A stretch of DNA of 63,572 nt, filler included, from Hyphochytrium catenoides (lineage: Eukaryota > Protista > Hyphochytriomycota), in the NCBI GenBank assembly GCA_900088475.1. It is 13 parts of 13 records of this genome, joined end to end, with 100 filler letters (N's around TTAATTAATTAA, not from the genome) between each part and the next. Parts side by side here need not be neighbours in the genome. Positions count along the whole stretch, not along the records: positions 1 to 2,296 come from FLMG01004244.1; positions 2,397 to 3,576 come from FLMG01003058.1; positions 3,677 to 29,088 come from FLMG01000527.1; 10 more parts are not named here. One strand, 5' to 3'. This document shows, one piece after another, positions 1 through 11,680 of the stretch (its first letter is position 1; the number at the start of each line of letters is the position of its first letter). A program made the position numbers and the translations under genes. The notes beneath the pieces are model-generated. The model was not told the origin of the DNA. It searched no databases and saw only the letters and a list, made by a program, of their open reading frames with translations.

Positions 1-136
1 TAAGGCAACAGAAGAGAAAGGGAGAGGCAAAGAAGGAAGAGAGACGGGACTAGGGCATTGAATAGACCAAAGTGAGGCAAGGGGAGAGAGAAGGTCACCA
101 AAAAAGACGCAGAATTTCTCACTCTCTCTTTTCTAG

Positions 137-250
137 CTTGGCGTCCATCTGAAGTCCACAGAGCTTCATCTGCTGCTGGACTGTCTAGACCATGACGGGA
201 ATGGATGGATAGACTACAATGAATTCCTGGACTTTCTCATGGAGCAGGTC

Positions 251-287
<37 letters not shown>

Positions 288-1961
288 CCCGCCAATTCCC
301 AGTGGCAACCTCTCTCTTTTCTGCTGTCCTCTGCTTGCTTTCCTTCCTTTCAACAATGCCAAGAGCCATCTTCTTCTCTCCACAGTTCGTTTTGAGTATC
401 AACTTCTGACACCTTGCCATACCTCTCTCTCTCTCTCCTGTCTCGGTTGTCTTCTCTCTCCTTCTCTCTTTCTCTGTCTCCCTTATATGTCTCTCTTTCG
501 TTCTCGCTCTGCTCTTCTCTTGTTCTTCTTTTCTCATTACCTCTCTCCCGCTCTCTCTCTCTCTTGCTGTTTTCTTCTGTCGTACTCCATCTTCTTTTAC
601 AGATTCCTCAGAAAAGCACCAAGCTTCGCACGCGCTTCTCAGAAGGTGAAGGCAAAGATCTCCACTCACTGGGCAAGACCACTGTCAAAGTCCTAAGGGA
701 TCTCTTCGGAGAAGAGACGTCCTATCGTGAGCTGGAAGAAGTGTTTAGCAGGCTGGACAAGGACGAGAGCGGCTTTATCACGAGACAGGAGCTCCGGGAG
801 CTGTTAGTGGAGATGGGAGACGGGCAGATGCCGCTGGAGAGAGAAGAGATGAACAAGCTCTTCAATAAGTTTGACACCGTAGGCTGCCAAGAGCTAGCTC
901 TGGTCTCTCCTCCCGTCCACACTTGAGCTTCTCGCTTGTCCTGGCCCTTAGGCTTTATCTCTCTCTCTCTCTGACTGCTTCTCCTACACGCGGTGTCTTT
1001 CTCACTCACTCACTCCAGCAACCACAATACCTCACTCTCTCTTGCACTGTCCTCTCGCCTTTCGCAACGATTCTTCAAGCCCTCACTTCTCTCTCAATTG
1101 GTCAGATTTGCTCCTTCTTACTCTTCTCTTCTTAACTCTTTCTCTCTCTCTGTCTTCTCTTTCTCCCTCTCTCTTTCTATCTTTTGGACATCCTTTTTTG
1201 GTGCTCTCTCACGGCTCCCACGCTTATCGTGCACAGAATGGCGATAATCGGATTCATTATTCCGAGTTCATCCGCTTCATCAAGGCAAAAGAAGTCAACA
1301 AAGGACGAGAGGGAGAGGGCTCTCCAAAGCAGAGAAAAGAAGCTTCAAAGGGGAGAGACGACGATGACGAGAAGGAAGAAGAGGAGGACGAGGAGAGAAC
1401 CATCAAGAGGAAGAACCGAAAGACGAGATCTCCCTCTTCCAAGAGAAAGACCAAGAAAGAAGAAGAGTCAGACAGCGACAGTTCGTCTCATCTCATCCCG
1501 GTAGAGGAGCTTCTGAGGAGAAAGGTACATGGTCTGTCCTTGCGAGGTAAGCGGGCACACGAGAGGGAGTAGAGAAACCGACCAGAGTGAGAGAGAGAGG
1601 TGACAGAGGCCGCGGGCAGGCTAGAGGAAAAGAGGCCGTGGCGACATTAAGGAGACTGACATGGGAAGTTAGAATATATAGAAGAAGAGAAAGGGAGAGG
1701 AGACCAGAGAGAGAGAGAGAGAGAGTGGAAGGCAAAGCCGCTCGCCGCTCTGTCTCTTGCTGGCCCCTATCTTCGGCCACCTCAAGTCAAACGTCTCTCC
1801 TTTGCTGTGCTAGATTTACGGAATGTCTTCCGAGAGTACGACGTGGACATGTCAAAGCGGTTGGATGGCGCTGAGTTCCGACAGGCGCTGAAGAAGCTGC
1901 TAGGGAAGAGCTACCGAGACCACCAAGTGCGGTACCTGATGACGAAGTTTGATGATAACAG
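137..1961 (+). CDS. Multi-EF-hand calcium-binding protein, internal fragment (exons ~137-247, 603-878, 1237-1546, 1814-1961)
   Basis: GT-AG splicing joins in frame and gives EF loops DHDGNGWIDYNEF, DKDESGFITRQEL, DT|NGDNRIHYSEF, DVDMSKRLDGAEF, separated by K/E/S-rich linkers. No start or stop is visible in the contig. Confidence 0.88.
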
Positions 1962-2296
1962 GTCCGGAAGCAATACATGTCGCTTCTTCTCTCTCTTCCT
2001 CTCTTTTCCACTCTCTCTCTTCTTGCCGTAGTGTGTCACCGTCCCTCTTGCCTCTTATCGCTCTACATCCTTCCTGCTCGCACTCTCTTGTTTCCAAGCT
2101 ACTCTCTCTGCTTTTATTCTTCCTGATCGCGCAAGAGCATTTAAGGCACAAGAGGGAGGATTGCTGTCTCACTCCTGGGTCTCTCTCTCTCTCGTTTCTC
2201 TTTCTTTCGCTGTCTTCCTCCTTCTAACCGAACTTCTCCAACTGTTTGTTTACCGTTCTCCGTCGCTTCTCATAACTCTCTCTCTCTCTCTCTCTC

Positions 2297-2396
2297 NNNN
2301 NNNNNNNNNNNNNNNNNNNNNNNNNNNNNNNNNNNNNNNNTTAATTAATTAANNNNNNNNNNNNNNNNNNNNNNNNNNNNNNNNNNNNNNNNNNNN
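2297..2396. other. Artificial contig-join spacer, 44 N + TTAATTAATTAA + 44 N (first of 12)
   Basis: The 12-mer has stops in all six frames and recurs at 2341, 3621, 29133, 35293, 36970, 38605, 39785, 50565, 52253, 54217, 57719 and 62341, always inside N runs. Confidence 0.97.
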
Positions 2397-2416
2397 CTTT
2401 CTCACCTTGCCAACAG

Positions 2417-3576
2417 GATAGCTGTCGTAGGGACTTCCATTCCCCTCAGTGCAATGCCTACGTGGCTGATTATTGCCTATACGCGGCCGACTCCATTTAT
2501 AGCGGCTTCTGCAGCTACCTTGACTTTCCGGTCAACAGAAGTTGGAGGACCTGTGAGACGCCTCTCCGAGTTCTTATTAGACAGGCTGAGAGCATCATCC
2601 AGGTGCAGCCCTACGGGCAATCCTTAAGCTCTTTCTACACTTTTGGCTTGCGCCTGGCGAGGCGTCCACTAACAGATGTGACAGTGAATTTTGTCAGTGT
2701 AACATCACTTCTGCAGTGTAACAATCCAGCCTTAAATTTCACATCCGCCAACTGGGATGTCACTCAGAACGTAACTGCCATCTCTGCACATCCATATCAG
2801 GTTGGCGAAGTTTGGACTGAGTTTGACCTGGTAAGCTTCCATGGTAGATCCAATGACCAGCGATACGAACGGGCTCGCAGCTTGATGGTTCTCATTCTGG
2901 AGGTCTCACCGCCTGACGTCACGTCCCAATCTGAGCGGTACTATACGTCACGCTATCGCCAAATCCGTCCAGCAGAGATATCCGAATATTGGTTGACAAC
3001 CCGCTGGAAATCCCCTTTGCAGTTTGACGATCCTCGACTCTTCACGTTTGGTGTCTCAGTCGACTCTCCAGTCTGCCAAAGTAATACATCCGGGGAGCTG
3101 CCCCTGACTAAGTTTGGGTTAATTCTTGATCCGTTTCCTGCCAATGGGTCTGTGATTCTGATGGACTTCCTGGCGAAGAATTATTCTTCGAGCTGGGTGA
3201 ACCATAACAGCTCTTACTCGTGGGTTTACACAGGCTGGAACTATCGTGATTCATGCCCACCAATCACCTCCTCCATTCAGGTCAGTGTCGCTTTCTTCTC
3301 TCCTCTTTCTCACCTTCTATCTATCCAGCACTGGCTCCCGCGATGTGCTAGTGACATCATATTTTCAAAGTTCAATAGCGGTTGCTCCATTGCTCCATTT
3401 GGTTAGCTCCTCATTTCTAGTCTTTGTTTGACTTTTATTTTGATCAAAGACGCCAGAGGCTGAGATCTTACATCCCTGTCGCAGTTGGACATAGATCGAA
3501 ATGCCAGCAGGAGCAGGAGCAGTTCGTCTTATCGCATTGCTTCGTTTAAAGTTCTTGAAGAGAACATAACCACCGG
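2417..3576 (+). CDS. Partial uncharacterised extracellular glycoprotein (exon ~2417-3280, probable exon ~3485-3576)
   Basis: Long complex-sequence open frame bounded by cag|GAT and CAG|gtcagt. It has a Cys-rich start, a beta-rich segment with PLTDVTV...LNFTSANW...QNVTA, and nine N-x-S/T sequons. Confidence 0.65.
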
Positions 3577-4250
3577 NNNNNNNNNNNNNNNNNNNNNNNN
3601 NNNNNNNNNNNNNNNNNNNNTTAATTAATTAANNNNNNNNNNNNNNNNNNNNNNNNNNNNNNNNNNNNNNNNNNNNCTCTCTCTCTCTCCCCTCCTCTCT
3701 CATGTCCTCTCATCTTTCTCTCTTTCTATCTCTCTCTCTCTCTCTCCTCGTCTCTCCTCTCCTGTCATCTTTCTCTCTCTCTTTCTCTCTCTCTTTTTCC
3801 CTCTTTGTCTCTTTTTTCTCTCTCCCTCCCGTTTTCCCTCTCTCCCTCTCTCTCTCCTCTGTCTCCTCTCTCTCGCACTGTGTACAGTATTGTTTTCCTC
3901 GCTCGGCTGTTTTCTCGGATGAGCTTTCTTTTCCACTTCGTTCTTAAGACGCCAACACGACGACGGCAGCAGCGCTTGGGGAACTCTCTTTTTTTGTCTC
4001 TCTTCTGACAAGGTTCGGGTCACACAACAACAGAAGCTGTTCTTGCTGATCGTGCTCATCTCAAACAATTTGGCTCGTCTTTAGAAGAAGGTCTCCGGCG
4101 ATAACGTGCCAGGGACAAGTGTTAGTTCAAGGAACTGCAAGCTCCGCTGCGATCAACCCATCGTCAGCCTTGTTACTATAGCCGGGGCGGAGGTGTAGGC
4201 AGCGGTACGGACTGCAGAAGTTATTGTTTGGAAGTCACAGGTTGGGCGCC

Positions 4251-5214
4251 ATGGCACTGCCTTTAAAGCTGGGAGTTAGGAGAGGACTGGCCTCGCTCCA
4301 AGAGAACCCTGGATGGAGCAGGGTCGCTGGAAGAGGGATCTCGAGAGCATTTGGAGCTCAAGCTGCTGCAAGGGAAGTGGAGAGTCAGGAACCGAAGGAA
4401 CAGAAACCTAGACGAAGGTTACCTCTTCGCGCTCCCATCATCATTGTAAGCACAATTCATTGCCTTTGTACGCGATCTTCGGAATGTGGGCTGCTGACAG
4501 CTTCTGTGCACCGTCCTCTCTTAGACTGATGCAGCTGCAGAGCGTATCAAGGAGCTGCTCAAGAAGAAGCCTGAGGCCAAAGGAGTGCGATTAGGGGTCA
4601 GAACCCGTATGTGCAACTTTTAAAGACTCTTTAGCTGGCTCATTCTCGCTGAAAGAGATCCTTTATTTCTTTGCAGGCGGCTGTAACGGCCTCTCTTACA
4701 CCATGAACTATGCCCTCGATTCAGAGAAAGGCGAGGAGCAAGTGGAAGATAAAGGTATGGAGGGCTCTTGTTAGGCGAAAGCCATAACTTCTGACTTTAT
4801 TCCGCTGACCGATCTCATCTATGCTGCCTGGAATTAGGTGTCAAGGTGTACATCGAGCCCAAGGCTCTCTTCCACATCGTAGGGACCACTATGGACTTTG
4901 AGGTATAGTCAAAGGCTCAACATGAGCTCTGAGAATGTTGGGTTGACCGTCACTTTGGCCCCTTTCTCCGTGCTGACCTATCGCCGTTACCTTTCTCGGT
5001 TGGAGACCTGCCATGGGCTTAACGTTTCTTCAATTGGCGTTCTGATTGCTAGTTCTTCTAGCTCCCGTGTCTCCTCGTTCTCATCATCAAAACTCACATA
5101 TTGTCACCCCTCGCTTCCACATTCATCTAGACGAACAAAGTGACATCAGAGTTCACGTTCCACAATCCAAATGCCAAAGGTAGCTGCGGTTGCGGAGAGA
5201 GCTTTAACGTCTAA
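4251..5214 (+). CDS. ISCA1: Mitochondrial A-type iron-sulfur cluster assembly protein (IscA/Isa1), 5 exons
   Basis: Spliced product has TDAAAERIKELL, GVRTRGCNGLSY and NPNAKGSCGCGESFNV* (three conserved Cys), plus an Arg-rich presequence-like N-terminus. Confidence 0.95.
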
Positions 5215-5522
5215 GAGACCACAACGGTACCCGTATAAGCTTAAGCAAAGAGAAGGACGGGACACGTCTCCCTACTTCTCGCGCGTGTAAACTAGCCCAA
5301 TAAATTATCATTTTGACTGACTTGTTAGTGCCCTCCTCGTACATATCTGCAAAGAGTAGGAAGCGAAGTAGTAGACAATGAGACCAGGAGAACGGAAGCA
5401 AGGTGTGAACCTACGAGCTCGGCCTTCCTTTCTGTGCCCAGGAAATGAAGGTTAGGGAAAGAAAGGAAGAGACTACTGGGTGTATCAACGTTGTTCAGAG
5501 CCATCTGCTAGGCAGCATTCCT

Positions 5523-7103
5523 TTAGAACTCGCTAAGATGCGCCCAGCGTTTGAAGGTTCTGTCATGGCAGGAGGTAACAACACGCTTTTCGTCTGGATG
5601 AAAGTCTCCCGACATTATCTTCTCCTGATGGATCGCCAGCAGCTTCAGCGGTGACCAGTCTCTGGTGGACCACAGCTTCGCACTTCCATCGTATGAGCAA
5701 GAAAGGAGCATCTCCCCTGTTCTGGGAGAGAAGCGCACGTCCGAGATCAAGTTTGAATGGGCAGGGACCACGTAGCTGCAGACACGCTTTCGGAGGTCCC
5801 AGACCCTCATCGCATGGTCGTTGCTGCCGGTCACTAGCTGATAGCCGTTAGGCGAGAAGTCCATGCCAAGAACCTTGTCTACATGTCCTAGAAAATCTAT
5901 CACATTCTTCCCAGATCGCAGGTCCCACAAGCGACAAGCACCTTTCAGGTCGCCTGTGGCAGCCAGGGAGCCGTCGGGATGGAAGGCAATAGAATACACC
6001 TCATATCCATGGCCCTCCTGCAGCAACAACTCTGCACCAGTCTCCACGTCCCACAACCTCCAGGTCGTATCGAAGCTTGCCGTCCCAACAAAGCGGCCAG
6101 AGGGGTGAAAAGCAACGTTCCCCAGCCTGTTCGAGTGGCCAGTGAAGGTCCGCAGCGGTGTTGATGAGCCTCTAGACCACAACTTGGCAGTCTGGTCCGC
6201 AGATCCTGACACTAGCACGGGGCCTGTCCCATTTGCTTCTCTAAACGCGGGGTTCCAAGCCAAGCCCGTAATCCTATCTGGATGGCCCTTAAAAACTATC
6301 TGTTCCTCTGAGCTCTCAAAGTCAAAGAGCTTTACAAGCCCAGTCCAGGAGCCGATGGCTACGGATGAGCCATCAGGAGACACGCGACTCTTAGACAGAG
6401 GCCTTTCATCTCCCATCTGACTCGCAACGATGACCAATCCCTTTGAATTCTCATAGAGCTCCTTTGCCACTCTGTCTCGCTCCTCTCGCTGGGTCTCGCT
6501 AGCCCAAAAGTCCTTGGCGCGGTTGATACGTTCTTCTGCGCGAGAGAAGGAATATTTTGCAATGTACTTTCGAGCTTTCTTAATTTGCTCTGTGCCCGGA
6601 GTGTAGAACAGCTGGTTAGTGGGCTGCTGTTGCTGCTGTTGGGCTGCTTGCTGGGCCTGCGGTGGGGCCGGAGTAGGTATGCCTGGAGGAGCCCCTAGAA
6701 TGCCTGCGATACGGGCTTCTTCGTCTCCTTCCACCTCCCGACGGGCGAGTAATTCACGTAGACGCTCTCTTCTGTCAGCGGCCTTCTCCCCGAAAAGTGT
6801 CGCTGGATGGCCCAGCTCTCGCAGTTTCTGTATGACATCAGAAATGGCTGTGGGCACTAGCAGACTTCTGGCCCTGGCTTGTGCCTCATAGCGCTTTAGC
6901 AGCTCTGCGTGCTGCTCCTGAGCCTGCCTGCTCGTTTCAGAGAGTTCTAGTACTTCGGCATTCGTACTGTCTCCCACATTTATGTTGCCTGCGCGCTTAC
7001 CCGCCAGAACTGCAGCAGCAGCATTGTCCGCTGACTTGTTCTGTTTATCCGAGGCTCCTCCATCCGCCAGCGATCCAAAATAGTGCCTAGTATTGTCTCC
7101 CAT
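5523..7103 (-). CDS. PRPF4: U4/U6 snRNP protein Prp4 (WD40), intronless, 526 aa
   Basis: PRP4 motif LRELGHPATLFGEKAADRRERLR, then SQMGDERPLS and WD40 repeats including AFHPSGRFVGTASFDTTWRLWD and LLQEGH. Confidence 0.96.
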   Translation of the reverse strand: MGDNTRHYFGSLADGGASDKQNKSADNAAAAVLAGKRAGNINVGDSTNAEVLELSETSRQAQEQHAELLKRYEAQARARSLLVPTAISDVIQKLRELGHPATLFGEKAADRRERLRELLARREVEGDEEARIAGILGAPPGIPTPAPPQAQQAAQQQQQQPTNQLFYTPGTEQIKKARKYIAKYSFSRAEERINRAKDFWASETQREERDRVAKELYENSKGLVIVASQMGDERPLSKSRVSPDGSSVAIGSWTGLVKLFDFESSEEQIVFKGHPDRITGLAWNPAFREANGTGPVLVSGSADQTAKLWSRGSSTPLRTFTGHSNRLGNVAFHPSGRFVGTASFDTTWRLWDVETGAELLLQEGHGYEVYSIAFHPDGSLAATGDLKGACRLWDLRSGKNVIDFLGHVDKVLGMDFSPNGYQLVTGSNDHAMRVWDLRKRVCSYVVPAHSNLISDVRFSPRTGEMLLSCSYDGSAKLWSTRDWSPLKLLAIHQEKIMSGDFHPDEKRVVTSCHDRTFKRWAHLSEF

Positions 7104-8047
7104 GTCTACGCTGGACCTTTAACCCGACTTAAGCACCAGCAGCCTAGGACTAGGCCCAGAAGCCTTATCACTACTACTAGATGAAGGGTCTTAACACTTT
7201 CAAGTCCCTACCTAGATCCCATTCAGAACAGGCTCTAGTGCGTCGTTTCTAAACCCTCTGCAACCTGCGCCTCTTCCTGCGTCGCAAGCGAGCCTATCGC
7301 CAGCTTCCGTTTCACCTCCTAATCAAACCACTCCCCTAAACTGGCAAAAAAGTTTGAAGATGAAGCTCTGAAGCTTTAGGATAGCCAGCTCCTTGGATTC
7401 TTCGTGTGCTTCTTCCTGAGCTCGGAATCTCCGTCTCAAAATCATCCGCAGACTGAGCTCCCCTTGAAGATGTACTCCTGGAGAACATCTGGAGAAATCT
7501 GGAAGGTGGTCATAGGTGTCCCTTAACCAGAATATTGCCCCTAAAAAAGCGGGGCTACTGCAGGGAGCGTCCCCTATATCAGGAGGCCCGGATTTAAGGA
7601 TCTGGGGCTGTAGATTTTTTTGAAGAATCGTCGGCATTGGCAGTAGCTCTGTCGATGCCTCTAGAGCAACTGATGGCTTCTGTCATACGGTTATATGGCT
7701 GTCTTTGGCATGCGAGGCTTGTTATGATAGTGGTTAAATCTTGGATCCTGACCTGTTCCCTCTGCGGTAGTAACATTTCATCATATCTGATGCTCATTGT
7801 GATGGGTAGGGGCCAAAGGCCGTGACCATGGACTGAGCGCAGGTGGAGACTAGTCTTAATATATGTTACATAGGCTTTGAAGTTCATGGTCCTCATGCTC
7901 AGTTCCTGGTCCTCGTGCTCAGTGCTTGAGCACTCTCTTTTGATGAGAACTCTCTAACCTTTAGCCCTTGGTAGCAGCGGTGCGGCAGTGCGGCAGGCTG
8001 TGCATCACTTCTTTGCTCCCGAGGTGGACGCCTATCGCCTGTCTGCT

Positions 8048-11000
8048 TTACACTTCTGAAAGCCGCCCCGTCGATGGTACGCTTTGATTGGGACGGTCTC
8101 TCTGAGGGTTTGCTCCGCGCTGCGGCTGCTGCCACTGGGCGCTTTGCTGCCCGTGCTGGCGCTGCTGCGGATGTTGAGGATTGACGTGATGCTGCTGCCA
8201 AGCCTGCTGTGGCGGCCAGGCCTGGTTCGTGTGGCCCTGAGGTGGGGCAGCTGGAGCTCCGTATGGAGATTGATGGGCTACTGACTGCCCAGAGAGCAGC
8301 ATTGTGGAGGAGCTGCTGTGTGAAGAATGGGAGGTGAGAGGCGGACGGCCTGCTCCTGCTGGTGCACTATAGAGTCGGGCACAGCAGTCTTGAATCTTCA
8401 GCAGGGAAGCTTTAACAAAAAACTGCTTCCGAGCCAGCTGGCGGACTTCCTGCAGTGTCGTCAAGCACGAATGAGCTAATGGTAAAAAGGAATTGAGACG
8501 CACATATGACCCTCCAAGGCCTAAGACAGACACTGCAACGACCACACACTAGTGCCGGTAAGCGCCTCAAAAGAGAGAGAAGAGACGAACGAGACGAAGA
8601 GGAAAATGCTAGACGGGGAGGACGGCAATAGTCTGGGGTTAACTTACTCTCAGGAAGGTTGGCAAATCAACATGTCTCGAGTCCAGCGCTCTGTCCAAGA
8701 AATAAAGTGCGTCTGTCTGAGCGTTGTACTCCGCTAAGAGCTCCAGTTGCCTGCATGCAGGATGAGTTAGCCGTCTTCTATGCAGCAGCTAATTCCTTCA
8801 TGGCACTTACTGCTTGGACCATGCATCCACTGGCCTGATAAAGTTATCTACGTCTAGCTGTTCCTAAGAAGGAGCAAGTTCAAAGGCAATGCAAGTGAGA
8901 TGGACCGAGATGAGGGATAGTAGGAAGGGCAAGAGAAGAAAGTGACATAAGGCATAAAGCACGTACCATTGGCTGGTCATTCTCCTTTAGCCAAGCACTG
9001 ACTTCATTGTCTTTCGCCTTCACGTCACTAGAGAAGAAATCCAGGCATCATATGAGGGAGGAAACCAGAGACATGAGGTTGGTGTCCAAACGAGAGATGA
9101 CGTGGTTGAAACAGAGACCGTCGTCCGTACCTAATGGCACCTTCAATAGACTTCACCTCTTCCTGGAGAAGCTTTTTATGGTTCTCGAGCTTCGCTTTGC
9201 CAGTCTCCAGAGCAGCTTGATCCGCCATAGCGGCGTCCAGCTTGTCTGCAAACAGCACAAGGATTACTCCATGATCTAGAATCTGCTACGGTTTCAAAGA
9301 AGCTTTTGATCCGGATCTAACACTTTGCCTATGCCTCTCACATCAGGCGCCATCTCTCCCTACATATGTTTCTCCCCAACGGTGGCCGGCCCCTATCTCT
9401 GTGTGGCCCCCCGCCACTTCAGACACCGGTTGAAAGTACTTGTGCTATGTTGAGCTCTATGCTCACCTCTTTCTGCCTTCAGTATAGTAATGAGTTCCTC
9501 TTGGAAGAGATGTGTAAGCCGTTCTTTAGGGTTTGGCGCCTCCTGCTGAGGCTGCGGCTGGTACTGTCCGACGCAAAGGAGATAAGCTTTGCCTGATAGC
9601 ATGATGAAGCAAAACGGGACCGAGAGAGAGAAAACGAAGAGAGAAAGAAAGAAGGGTAGAGAAGGAACGAAAGGGGAAAAGAAATAGGTCCAGCGCGAAA
9701 CGTAGGGGTCTTGTCCTTTGTTCTTACCATTGGACGCGCAGGTTGTGCCATCGGCGCTGTCTGCGTCCGCTGTACTACAGGCGGAACGGTTCCAAACACG
9801 CTGCTCATGATGGTAATCAGCTCGAGCACGCTATAACTCTATATAGAAGGAACATGAGCCTAGACCAGGGTGAGCGGGCTAGCGCGGGAATGGGGGCCGT
9901 AATAGCAAAGTAAGGCGGAAGCATATGCCACAAGCTTAGCTCAGGTTAAGAGGAGACATCACGTAAGAAGAGACAGACGAGGGTGAGCTTGTGGACAGAG
10001 AGAAAGAGAGTAAGAGAGACAGATCTCTTGTCTCTCACATATGCATTCCACTCAGTAAGGTAGGGCACCACCACTTCGCCACTAGGGTCAACATACTGAT
10101 GCGGCTGATTGAGCATCATCTCTACGAAAAGACGACGGCAGAGGTGAACAGAAGTTAGAAACGGTGCAATAGAAAAACAAGTCAGACTACGAGAGACGAA
10201 GGGTGTTCACAATGTTCAACGGAAGAGAAGCTCAATGGGAGAGAGGGAAGAGACACAGGAAAAGAGGGAGCAGGTATAGAGAGGAAAGTTAAGAGGGCTA
10301 TGAAAGGTCGATGACGAGGCAATATAATACGCCCAACAGGCCATAAAGATAAGTGGAAACGGAGAAGTTCCCTCTCTACCCATTTAAAGGAGACCCAGCG
10401 CGTGGTATGAAGTGTGAATAATCAGATTGGAAGAAGGCAAGCAAGCAAGCAACGGAGAGTCTGATAGCCTTAACATCGACTATTCCGTTAAAAGGAAGAA
10501 ACAAGAGAGAGAAAAGAGAGGAAGAAAGAAGGGGGGAAAGAGAGACTACCGGGAGTGGGCTTGACATAGCACTTGGGCGATTGTCTGGGGTAGAGAGGCG
10601 GGAACCAGATCTCGACGGGGATATTGTACTGATTGTTCCGATAATAGATGGGAATGGTCCCAGTCAATAGAAGCAAAATGGCACCTGGAGCTACATTCCG
10701 AGCAAGACAGTGAGACGGAGAAAGAGAGAAGAGAGCTATGATAACTTCCAGAAGAGAGAGGCAGACCAACAGAAGGAGACATTGGAAGAGCATAGGATCA
10801 CGAGTAAGGTCAGAGATAAAGAGGAGCTGGCGAGCAGAGGGAGAGGTAAACACGCTCAGAAGAAAGAAATGAAAGTCTCTGTGAGCTGAGCGGGCAAAGA
10901 ATATCATCGCGGACGGACCAAGGAAGGAGCGATAAATTGTGAGAAGCTAGCACGAGACATAGGGAAGCCCAAAAAGGGAGGAGGACGAGAGACAGAAGAA

Positions 11001-11403
11001 GGGAGGGAAGATACAGGCGATTAGCACAAGAGGGCAGAAAGAGAGAGTGCGAGTGACATGGCAGGCAGAGAGAGAGAGAGAGAGAGAAGGAGGGGACGAA
11101 AGAGGAGCTACGTCTGCCAAAAGTCTCATTGTACCTATTCGCGGGTTCTCCCCATTAGCAGGTTTCAGTGAGTTCACCTGCTGGAAGACGTACTGCGCCT
11201 CTTGTCGAACTCTCTCCGTGTTCTGATTGGCAAAGACGTTACTTGGGCAGTAGCGGTGGGAGAGAAAGCCCACGAGACGCACAGGAAAGGAAAGAGAAAA
11301 GAACAGAGACTCAAAGAGAAAAAAGAAGGGCTTGGAAGAAGAGAAAGAGGTCGAAAAGGATTTTGGGAGCAAAGAGGCCCTGACACCTAGAATGAGACAA
11401 GGG

Positions 11404-11474
<71 letters not shown>

Positions 11475-11680
11475 CAAGAGAGAGAATACAAGAGAGAGCA
11501 AGAGCGAGGCAAAGACAAGTGAGGGAGAGAGAGAGAAGAGAGAGGCAGGAGAGGGAGAGAGTGAGAAGAGAAGGGAGAGGAAAGAATACATACTTCATAG
11601 CCCGGGCATGCAGAAAGAGCCTGAGTGAGAAGCGAGACCACCTCCTGATAGTTCATCGTTGGCCAGGCAGGAGTAGCCAC
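8048..11680 (-). CDS. VPS23: ESCRT-I subunit TSG101/Vps23, copy A (~10 exons; start 11680 or the next in-frame Met)
   Basis: UEV domain LTGTIPIYYRNNQYNIPVEIWFPPLYP...YVKPT and YVDPSGEVVVPYLTEW; coiled coil; steadiness box QLELLAEYNAQTDALYFLDRAL...FLR|EVRQLARKQFF. Confidence 0.93.
11407..11471. repeat. (AG)n microsatellite in Vps23-A intron 1, representative of many such tracts
   Basis: About 32 perfect dinucleotide units. Confidence 0.95.

Noticed and set aside
7323-7896. Two ~100-aa minus-strand ORFs between Vps23-A and PRPF4
   Set aside because: No recognisable motifs; more likely UTR or promoter sequence.
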